Shown here one piece after another: positions 42,201-53,837 of a DNA stretch of 64,000 nt; the first letter of the stretch is position 1, and each line of letters begins with the position of its first letter. The notes beneath the pieces are model-generated. The model was not told the DNA's origin and did no database searches. It saw nothing but the letters and a program-made list of their open reading frames with translations. The DNA lies in assembly GCA_003344405.1 (NCBI GenBank), contig NOWV01000120.1, positions 62,001 through 126,000 of the forward strand, in the 5' to 3' direction. Source of the stretch: Trichoplax sp. H2 (Eukaryota). Position numbers and translations under genes: made by a program.

Positions 42201-43189
42201 TTGCGCATTGATAATTTGAGATAAATAATTAATTAAAATATAATTAAATATACCATACGGTCTATACGCACTGTACAATATAATAGTTGATAACAATGTA
42301 GCGCTATAGAAACTACTAATACAAACCATATTTACATTCATCACAGCATGGATCATTTACTATATCTCCAAATATTAGGGATAACTTAATTTTTTTAACT
42401 TGCTAGTCATTAATATTGATTTTCGGCTTTAACACAGTACAATATACTGTAGTCAAGGCTACACCTATGTTAGTCAAATATATTTATAGTTTACACCTGG
42501 AAGAGATGATGGATTGTTGACGATCCGTGGCGACTAGTGATAATTATAATGGATAATAAATCATTGTAGAGATACTGGAAGGTCGATTTGATCTCAACTT
42601 AATTTTCACACAGATACCTACAAAGGGACGAAAGGACACCTTTTCAGTGACTTAACATTCTGTCATTTTACTATAGTGTGAATAATTTGAAGCTAAATTT
42701 TGCCTCTACTGCCTTGATACATAATATATTTGCTTTCTATAATCACAGAAATATCATACAGATTTTTACTGTACTAAACCTCACTCAGAGTATCACTATA
42801 TACATACTCCTTGTATCGCATATGTTCTGAGAAAGTAAAATCGTACTGCTATAGCCAAATACAAGGGAACTATTACTTTGAAGTGGACACGGAGGCTTTC
42901 ATACAGTAGCGTATAAAAGTATAGCGGTACCTCGTACGCTACATCCATCTGTAGAAATACGTTGATACAATTTAATATATATGTTAGCCTAACCTTCATG
43001 CAATAGCATTTCTGCAGCATGTTTTTCTGTTAGTCTATTTATCAGCCATGAATCTGCTGAAGCAATATTCTGCTAAATCTCGTTGAACACGTATTTAGGA
43101 TTAATAACGAGGTTATAATTATTGTTAACTTCTCAGAAATCACAATCCATATTTATGATACATCGACTCCATATGCATAGTCTTGATAT

Positions 43190-44001
43190 CTATCCAGCAT
43201 TACGTCAGCGATGATTTACAGTTTATAAATTGATGAGTAATGGCTGATGAATTAAACCTTATAAGTAAAATGTTTATAACGCATCCGAAAATGTATTGGA
43301 GAGACAGATAGTTTTGATAATGATTAAGCTATCAATATCGGTGACTATGCACGAACTGTACAGCTTATAAACTTATGAATAATAATTCATGAATCACACT
43401 TCATATATATATCTTATTGGTACAGACTCTATAACATACATCCGAAAATGTTTTCAAGAGTCAGATAGTTATGATAATGATTAAGCTATCAGCATCGGTC
43501 ACAATGAACAGATTTTACAACTTATAAACTCATGAGTAATGGCTTTTGAATTATACCTTAGATATATTGTAGGTTTAAAGTTTAAAAACATGCATCTTAA
43601 AATATATTCAAGAGCCAGACAATTTTGATAATTAATGATTAAACTATCAATATCAGTCACTATGATTGGATTTTGCAGCTTTTAAGCTTATACGTAATGA
43701 TTTTTAAGTCGCATCTTATATATATATATCTTATAGGTAAAGACTTTATAATACATACATCGAAAATGTATTCAAGAGCCAGATATTTTGATAATAATAA
43801 AGCTATCAATAGCGGTCATTATGCACGGATTTTACAGCTTTTAAGGCTTATGAGTAATGATTTACGAATCACACCTTATATGTATACCTTATAAGTAGGT
43901 AAAACGGTTATAATAGATACATCCAAAAATGCGTTCCAAATTTAGATAGGTTTGATACGGTAATAATTAAGGTATTATTATCGGAAACTGTGCACGGATT
44001 T
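43190..44001 (+). repeat. Degenerate tandem array, ~5 copies of a ~155-165-bp unit
   Basis: Anchor 'catccgaaaatg...cagatagttttgataatgattaagctatcaatatcggt.actatgcacg' recurs near 43283, 43439, 43593, 43757 and 43920. Confidence 0.88.
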
Positions 44002-47000
44002 CGTATAATTCAATCTAAATTACCGGTAATAAGCGAATGAGTCATAAGTAATTAAACCAAATGACTAATATCTGGTAAGAATAAGTTTGCCTGTAATCTT
44101 TGGTAGCTGGTAAGCCTATGTATGACTAATGATAAATTATGGAATGAGTAATGGCTACGTAGGGATTATTAAATTATTTCTAAAATATTAGAAAAATTCT
44201 TTCGCTATAAATAATATAATCATGTAATGTAATATTCTAATATTTAGCATTTAAAGAATAATATGGTATCAACTAGCACTACATCGATTACAGACCCAAT
44301 TTATTAACTCAGCCACAGATTTACTATTAATACTCAACATAACTATAAGTTTTATTTACGGCATTGACAGATTATAACTGTTATTATAGGTGTTTATACA
44401 GTATTACTGCTGTAGTGCCACACGGACGTAATAGCAAATTACTTGAATTAAGATTTAAATTACATAAGGTTCTGCTATATTCAAATTTTTGCTACCCTTT
44501 ACTGCTTTATTATAGACTGTAGCTATTGTATCAGCTTTTAGTTTCTACACTTACCTTTACGCTTTATCGCATTAAATTTCAAAATATTAATTTGCTAAAC
44601 TTTACTTCTTGAATGCATCGGAAATTTGCGATTAAATTAGATTATTATATGTTATAGTAACAGCGTGTGTTCAAACTCTTCTATCAGCCAGTAATTTGAC
44701 AGATGTATACGTAGCATTGCTAAAAAAAAGAATCGATAAATTGTAATCTTCCAGATGTATCGTACTTTTAAAATGTCCTTCTTTTGCACTTAAGTGTTAT
44801 AAACTAAAAATAAACACCACAGGGTTATACCTACATTCATCACAAGCTCTAATACCACGAGAAGAAATGATGTTTATTTTTTAATTTTGCATCTGTTTAG
44901 ATACTGTATGCGGGATAGCATCGTAAGATGGCGTGATTTGAAGCCTATACAACTGCGCAATACAAATTATATCATGCGATTTTCCAAAATAGTGTTGCTT
45001 ACCCATTTTTAAATGAGAAGGGTTCCTGTAATGACATTTAGACTTTTCAGTGAGTTTCTAAAATTACGTAAGAATAATTGTCACTTGTTTAATGGTGCTG
45101 CATTATTGCAAACTCCTATGCCTAAATATGTGTATGTTGAACATGTATACAGTACATTCATTGATATTGTTGAAATCCATATATCTTTATTAGCCATAGT
45201 ATTTCTTACTTTGATTATTGACAACCTCTCATATAGTGTTACAACAATCAACATGGTTAAACTCTACGATAAGATAATGGGTGATATTCTAGGAGGAAGC
45301 TTCTAGAACTATATTTTTACGTTTATCTTATCCATTGCATCATTACTACGTACACCATCTTTACGAATTAGCATGGATACTTCTAAAGAAATGTGCTAGG
45401 TGATTATATCACGGTACGTTTAATTTACTAGGTTGTTCAAATCAATCACTCCATAAATGATAACTAATAATGGTGAGAGTTTGCAGTTTACGTGAAATGT
45501 AGCATTACAATTCATTTACTACAACAATATCAGAGTTTATACAAAAGCAGCATTGACGAGAAAAAATTGTACGCAACCGTTCGCGTTTAGTTCTCTCCAA
45601 AGTACGGGTGAACTGTAGAATTGATAGGCAGTTACTGCAGTGTAATGCTGTCATGATTTAAAACTGGATTTAAGCATCCAGTAAAATGATACTGATTAAT
45701 AATTTGATTGGTATCGTAAATTTTTTCATAATATGACATATAAAATAAAATAAATACGATAAAATCTTTTTTTACGACTGTGTTCTATGAATCCAGTACA
45801 GGAAATACGAGTACTTGGAATATAGTGCTACCGCGGTTGCGTATTCTGTTTAGGAACGACAGAATTTCTGGCATTGGGTGTGATTAGCCTTATTAGGGGA
45901 TTAAGAACAAAATCGATTTTAGAAATGGTGTTTTATTACAGATATGAATATCAGTCGCCAACAGTAGAACACCCAGGCAACGCTTGCTACTTTCTAATAT
46001 TTTCATCTTGACCGCACGATGTCATAATATCAGTAAAACTTTCCGACATGAAACACCACTGTAAATCAAGTTATGTTGAATGTCGTTTTATCAGCTAAAA
46101 TTTCTATTAATATAAGAGTAATAACACTGAAAATAATGCAGATATTGTACCGTAATTATTTGCTTTATTATTCATGAATTCGATCTTTCTGGTGATAAAA
46201 TATTTCTAAAATCAATTGGTCTACGTGATGACCACTTTCCCATATCGCCAAATACCTAGGAAACATACGAGTATTCGAGAATTTAATTGTACGTTAACTA
46301 ATACATTATTAGTTTACTAAAAAAAAATCTATTTCACTGATTACTCATGTTATCAAAGCAGGGACCTTAAAAGTACATTTTTTGCATTCCTTACGTAATT
46401 TTAGGAAACAAATCAGAAACAAAATCATTAACTTTCCCTGCATGTACAACGTAAATAGAAACGGAAAATGAGTCTGTCTTATTTTACGTCATAATCTGTT
46501 TTTGTAAACATTGCGGCATATACTATACTTGCCGTCGTTTGGATTTATCTTATTTATGGATAACTAGTGGTGATTCATTACATTTTGGTATGCCAAATAG
46601 TGCTTCCAAGATAAATCTTATAATAATAGCCTAAATATGATGTACTGTACGTATGGTACTTGTACTAATTAAATCCGGCCAATACTTCCACCGAGATGAT
46701 TTCTATTCAATGAACAGCACGCTATTGTTTCCAACACCATACTGAGAGTACAAGACATGGCGTATATATCAGTAGGTGGCCATCGCTTTTAATAGAGCTC
46801 TCTCCTTATAACTGTATATATATATAACTATGAGTCATACCAGAATTTCAGAAAGACAAAACATAGTTATGCAATATTGTCTTTATTTCAGATAATTTAT
46901 AGTATATACCAGAGCATTTCGTGGAATTGATATAAAATTATCATATGAGTCAATCAACTGACTGTGTGTAGACTAATTTAATTGACGTAATCATAGTGAC

Positions 47001-48478
47001 GCTACCATATGGACTCGTGTCTTTGCATATTCAATAACGTGTGAGTAATACAGTAGTTTATTATTATTTTGATTATTAAACAAGGCTTTAACCGTAAACA
47101 GATGTACAGCACTTCTAACCTAAATGTCAGCCCATAAAAGTATATGGGATACTGACTATAATTTCCTGAACACATTGAACCTATTGCCAAGGTCCTATCC
47201 ATGGACAATTGGACATTGAACATTGTTGATAGATATTCGTATCAGGAATCGTGCATACTTATGGCTTATTATGATACAAGATACGATGTGAAATTAAAGT
47301 ACACCATCGCATATTATTAACCATCTGATTACTATATTACCGTAATGGTAATCTAGTCCACACATAGCTATGATCATTTCTGTAGGTTTTACACTGAATC
47401 TTTAATACATGCAAAACAAGATTAATTTAATAAAATATTGTACCTTATACCAATTTTGCTAATATTATATTAACTAAATTCGTACAGGTACAAGCATAGG
47501 GTAGTTCTTTTTAGAGATAAAATAATTAAGCTACGTTATCGAATATATGCTCGCAGAGCACAGATGAATTGAGATTAAAGGCTTTATGGCAATTATAACT
47601 TCTTCAAAATAACGCCAAGTTCAGATTTGCTTATAAGCACTGGATAAAAGATACCGTACTATGTCTTGCTTATGTAACACCGTAATAGTTTTGACCATAA
47701 GAAATAACAGAATACCCTGCTTCAAAGATGAAATCAATCAAAATTTAACATTAAACTGTGTCAAGGGAATTATATTAAAAAATGCGAGCGCACAAGTAAT
47801 AAGCCCCTTCTTGCTTAAGGCATGAACAAATGATAGTCACAAACAGAATAATACAGCCGTTGTGAGATTAACTCAGTATTTACTAACAATTCAGCCAAAT
47901 TGTGCCACAAAATGCTATTGCTACAGCAAATGAATACCAGGAGAGCTACCTACTAATATTACTCTACAATTTTGGAAAACAATGAATGTTGATACTGCGA
48001 AGCAACATACCATTACATTTCAGATTTAATGGTTAGTTATATTAAATCACTCAATTTCCAGACTTAAGTGCAGTTTGCTTTACTGTAACGATATTGGTGA
48101 TTTAAATTATACATATTGTTGGATATCTACTTTTCCTTCAGCGGACTGTACAAAATTCATCTAATTCTAAACTGCTTGCTATATCAAAGTAGTCAACAGA
48201 TGATCATGAAATAAATATTACGGTGTTCGTTTGACTATGTTACATTACAGTATTTTGACCGTATTAATATTATCAGGCTGCAGCTTTAAAAAATGCAACG
48301 ATAATCTTTTTTTATACAACCTAGCATAGTTATTTCATATTACTTAGATCACAAAACATGATAACAATTCGAGTTATCGCAAGAAATGCTATTTCCAGTG
48401 CGATTTAACTCTTGACGATCGCTCAATCTCTGATTAAGCCAGCAACCTAGTTACAGCAGGTCAGTTAATTACCAATTG

Positions 48479-50294
48479 TTACTCAAGTGCCAACTGACTG
48501 CCGCCGATCGTGTCTTCGTACATCTTTAAAGCTCCAACAAAACTGATATTAGGTGATACAATTGGTCTCATCTTCTTCACGTATTTATAAGCATCATCGA
48601 AGGAATGTCCGTTGTGTCTCATCAAATAAGACACCACTATAGTTGTTGATCGTGATATACCGGCTTGACAATGTACCAAGCAACCTTTACCAGAAAGGCG
48701 AGCTAACTCTATAAAATAGTAGTCAAAATTAGATTATAGATACCGCGATTTAAAATCATTAAGGCAAAGCACATTTTGTATCAACAACTACGTTCAATGG
48801 AGCTAAAGTAAGTTCCGCAATACCATGCTAAACTGCTGACTTAGTTGCATTATATTCAAATTTAATGATTATTCAATATTTTAGAGAGGAGCGTCCTGAC
48901 TACTCATATATTTATTAGAAATTGAAGCGATATAGGTATTTAATATATTGTAGCCTCGATTTATTGTATGCCACTCTCCGAGGACACGTAGTCTATCTAA
49001 TAATATACTTTACATTTAAAACACTATTCTAAACTATCTATATTTGATATAGCATACTAACCGATAAAATGGAAGGCCGTATCGAAATGTTTACTAATAT
49101 CTTCTCTAGAGCTATCGTTCACAGCGATTCTAAAATACTTGATATCTTTACGCTTATGCTCAAAGACATTAGGCAAGTTGGCAGTAACATTTATTACAAA
49201 AGCGATATTCAAACGATCTAATAAGTCCTCGTTTATCGAATCTGATTCACTACCTAAGAATAGAAATTTTAAAATGCGAGTTGCAGGCACTTCATCTTGA
49301 CAAGGGGATGATTGCGTCGGATCCGAAACAGGACATGAATAATGAGATACAGATAATGTTAAATGACCTATAAAAATGTTAATGCGGAATTATCCGGGAT
49401 TAGTCAAGTCATACCAAGTCATACCGATAGCATCGTTCTTGGATTTACAATACTATACGACAGCTTGTACAAATTTGACCTGCTGTCAGTACGAGTATAG
49501 ACAGTATATTTATTATATTACGCAGTAGCGCTTTCTTGGACTCTACTTTACAATATTTCATGGTTTAAATTGATGGAGTAATATCCAAAACTACAGTTTC
49601 TGATTTTACCTTTAAATTTCGATTTTCGAGCTTTTTTGTCTCTCATTGAATCGCAAATATTAGAACTGCTACCAGCAGAATAAGATAATGAATGAGGTCG
49701 GCGATTCGTTATTAATTGTAGAGTTGCTTTTTCATTACCAACACCATTAGAAGTAGCATCCGTATTTCTTACAACTTGTGATTCAGAATTTTCTACTACA
49801 GGAGTACCAGTACCACTGTCTGGGATAATTTTTCTTTCGTTGATTGATCCATTAGTATAATCGCCATAGGCTTGAGCCATCTTTATAGGTCGTAAAAATA
49901 CGTGTTGATTAAGACGGTCAGGATTTGGATTTGCAGTCGTAGGACTTTCTTCTTGCGATCCTCCGTAACCTTCATCATCCGACAAAACATGGCCATTGCG
50001 TAGTTCATGCTTATTAAATGGTTTGAATACATAAAAGTGTGATGCGCCATCATTTCGACCGATGATGGGGCTCGATTTTCCCTGGTCCATTGTCGTACCG
50101 TTAAGATAAGGAGCTCTAGGTAAAAATTGACTTTGTAGGCATAGCGAGGGGCTACGTGGAGGGGAATTAGTTGCATTTGCTGACGAAGCAAGAGAGCATT
50201 TTGTCGCTAAATCGCTAGATGGGATTATTAATTTGGGCGATTTAGTAACATTAGTAAAGCAATTAGAAAAGTTGGCCATGTAGTAATCTACCAT
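48479..50294 (-). CDS. Dual-specificity (MAP kinase) phosphatase, 3 coding exons, ~406 aa; start codon uncertain
   Basis: Exons 49610-50294, 49062-49367, 48479-48708, phases 1,1. ATRILKFLFLGS, VINVTANLPN, catalytic loop VHCQAGISRS, AYKYVKKMRPIVSPN. Confidence 0.88.
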
Positions 50295-51699
50295 TTGTTG
50301 CTTTAGCTTTAGTTGCAGAAGCTCATGAATACGGTACCGTATGGCTTGACAATTTGATGAATAATATGTATATTGCAGTTGCACTCCAACAGTATCGAAC
50401 GTAGGCTACGTACGCTAGTCGAATCGATATAATAAAAAAGACTTTAGGTGTTTATATATTTTCTCGGTAGCAATACAAAGTAGATTAGGAATGATCTAAC
50501 TATCGTCACCTTGAAGCTCGACTTTTCGAACTTGTTTACTTTCAAGCTGTGCTGTACACAACTTGAAATTATTTTAGCTTTCACAGATCACAATAATAAT
50601 AGTAGTTCTTTTTTTTGTATATTTAGATACTTGAACGATATCAATCCGTTTACTTATGGAGATGAATTTAATTCGCTCAACGTGTACAACCAAATTGACT
50701 TTGAATATCCAAGTAAAAAAATAGGACTTGGTGAATTGAACAACTTTACTTGATAGTTTCAGACGTTACTTTTTTAGCCGCCGTAAGTAAATTTCCCTTT
50801 GTCCATTACCCTAAAGAATGGCATTCACCAACAATGAGTCACCGTTTCGAAGTGAGAGGAGGAAAATCGTGAAGTCCAATTTTGGCATGGACTAAATTCG
50901 CTCCAATTGAAGGAGCAAAGTGGACGTTCGACGGAGTTAACTGTTTGGAAGCGAATTCGAAAGAGCGATGATATTCGATCAGGATTGATTGACTTTAAGT
51001 AGTCGCTTGATCGCAATGAGAAAAGTATATATATATATATAACTTAATAACGGCAGATACCCTACGGCAATAGGACTGTATTTACACTGGCGTTTTCTGT
51101 ATTGTATTATACCAAACACTATACAGTAGTGGTTGTATTGTCCGCAAGAAAAGTTGGCTTTTCCTGACGAGAGCGGATTGTAGCTGAAGAATTAATCAAC
51201 TGGATAACTTGACTTGTTCTCTTGATCGAAATCAATTTGCTATCTGTGATATCCAATACCAATCAACAATTCAAGTTACTACACACTTTTCAATCAGTGA
51301 CGGCAATAATTTTCCAGGATAGACCGAGTTCTAACTGATGGTCTTTTCTTTCACCATTTCCAGAGAGTGAAGGCAGAAAAGGCGTTGGTAACTGATGTTA
51401 GAACGTAAGGTGCGATCAAGACAATGCTTATATATTCTGCAAGTCATTTGTAACGCTACTAATGATAGCAGCAGTCTACAGTCGACTGATGACGTAATGC
51501 TGCTGCTTGGCTGGTTTCGTTCGTCTCGCGATCGAATCAAACATCTATTTAAATATCAAACAATAGGCTATTCTTTGCCACACAAGATAACACATTCAGC
51601 TGCAATCCTATTGGCTGTACGGTAAATAAATACCTACTGTCGACGATGATCAGCATGATGAGTAACTATGCCGTAATCTACGGTGACTTGTATTGTAAG

Positions 51700-53465
51700 T
51701 CTCAAAACGACTGTACAAATCTACAGTGTATGTACTGTACTGGAGGATCCAAACCAATTTCAGAGTGGTGAGAAAATGTTCCACCTCCAACTTCTCCTAA
51801 CTTTTATTACTGTATACTGTAGTACAGAATCAGTGAGGTTGACGTTTTTGCTAGGCCTAGGGTGTAGACTATCAGTGATTTTTTTGCCATCAAAATTGAT
51901 TCGAAAGTTTAAAATTAGTCATTTTGACGCTAATTTGGTAGTGTATCCGGATCAACGAAATTATTCTAAATATTGTACTACTGTACACTACAGCAATAGC
52001 ACAGTACAGTACAGTAACAAGCTCTGTACTGTACTGTACAGTAGTTTGCGTTTGTCATCCGATGCCATCACCTCCTCATTTACAGTACAGTACCCCAGAA
52101 GCTGTGGCTACAGTACTTACAGTAATTTATTAATATTGATTAATTATACAGTACAGCATAATAATAATTAATTAATTAATTAAAAGGGGGAGAAAAGTGC
52201 TGTTGACGTACCGTCTGTACGAGGCTGAGTTGGCGTTCTAATTTGGAGATATTTTTAGTAATCCTTCAAGGCAGTCAATGCGGTTATTTGTTCTGGCCGA
52301 AAATAACCTTTTCATCATCAATTATCTGGCCATAAAGTCATTATTATCAGCTTTTCCATGGTGAAGGTCTCACAGATAATCTCTACGAATGTTATTGTAC
52401 CCGAATTACTTTACATTGACTACTCAATTGCTGTAATATTACTGTAAAATGTAACATTGTTTATTATCATACAGATTCGATTTACCATTTATAATAGTAA
52501 ATAATATAAAAAATCAATAAATTCTAAATTCTAAACATATAGTATACAGTACAGTAATATATTGATGAAGCTTTCTAGTAGAGCTGGGGCAATAATTTCG
52601 TCTTGTAAGAAAACAAGAAGCGTGTGCTCATTGGCCTGATCCCTACTCAAACAAACGGTAGCTAGAAAATTTGTGGCGATCAGACCAATGGGCAAACGTT
52701 TCCTATTTTCTTCTGACGATGCCGCAAAAATTGGGTTTGATAAGAAAGTAAGTTTTCTCATAGCTCGCTGTTGTCTTTCGTCTGCACCTACAGTATAATC
52801 ACCTTAAAACTGTTCTCAGTAGTACTTTAGAGAGCTTCAATCTGCTTCATCTTTCATAAGACGTACATGTACTGTATTCGACATTCTCTCAATCAGTACT
52901 ACAGTATACTGTGCCAGTTCGACTCCGAGTCGACTTTGAATCGGACTTTTAAAATACTGCACACTTGTGCACAGTACAGTACAGTACAACATACAAGATC
53001 TGCTAAAGTTTTGACTCGATGTCGCAGATTCCTGCTGAAATCAAATAATTAGGGACATCTAAACATCTCAGTACCCTGTACTTTACATTCCTAACGTGGA
53101 CTTCTAGTGTAAGTTCTGCTTGAAAACAGTTACATAGGATCACAGACGCTAAGAAAACAGACAGAAGATCCATACTAAGTACTGTACAGTGTACTGTAGT
53201 GTTATTACTGCACAATATGTACAGTACATTACTTACAGTACAGTACAATCCTGTGTTGTACAATGTACAGTACTCTAAACTGTACTGTACTGTACTGTAC
53301 AGTACTGTACATACTGTATGTAATCATTTTTCATATTAACAGCCTCGTTTAGTAAAGAAAAGTCTGTCCATCCGAGGTCAGGATCAATCCAGGTCTTCTC
53401 CCAGTCCATTGGTACCGTACAGTACACTCGTACAGTACCGTACAGCATGGTTAAGATGGTACTGT
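51700..53465. repeat. CAGTA/TACTG island 5 (two clusters, ~51700-52160 and ~52860-53465) between the divergent DUSP and SPATA17 genes
   Basis: For example 'ctgtactgtactgtactgtacagtactgtac' at 53280-53310. Confidence 0.8.
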
Positions 53466-53486
53466 ATGGTAAATAAAGTGCTAAAT

Positions 53487-53500
53487 GTTACTATAGCAAC
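53487..53500. promoter_or_regulatory. RFX X-box upstream of SPATA17
   Basis: GTTACTATAGCAAC fully matches the X-box consensus GTYNCYATRGNAAC, about 340 bp 5' of the ATG of a ciliary gene. Confidence 0.65.
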
Positions 53501-53837
53501 AAGTACGCCGAAGAAAGCAGTATACATCACTCCTGCAACACACAAAAATTAAGCAGAGCAATCTGGAATATTATACATAAAAAGGTTAAAAGAAGCCATT
53601 TCTTATTTGAGGCACATATAGGTACAGTATTTTATCGTATTGGCAATCGTATTTATATTCGAATAGTTACGATTTAGTAATATACAAAACGTTATTTACT
53701 CTAATCGTATTGAAAAGTATGTGCTGATCGAGTTTTGCATGATCCTAATATTGTAGGCAAAGTAGTAGACGCGTATATTGATAACATAAAATACAGTTCG
53801 TGTTCATAGTAATCAATTAATTATCATTCTATAGATA

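Noticed and set aside
43190-44001. CRISPR-like interpretation of the periodic array
   Set aside because: Whole units are homologous with no unique spacers, the context is eukaryotic, and no cas genes are present.
51490-51616. CRE-like TGACGTAA, TATA-like and CCAAT words upstream of the DUSP gene
   Set aside because: Short motifs are expected by chance in AT-rich DNA, the TSS is unknown, and their order relative to the gene is not canonical.
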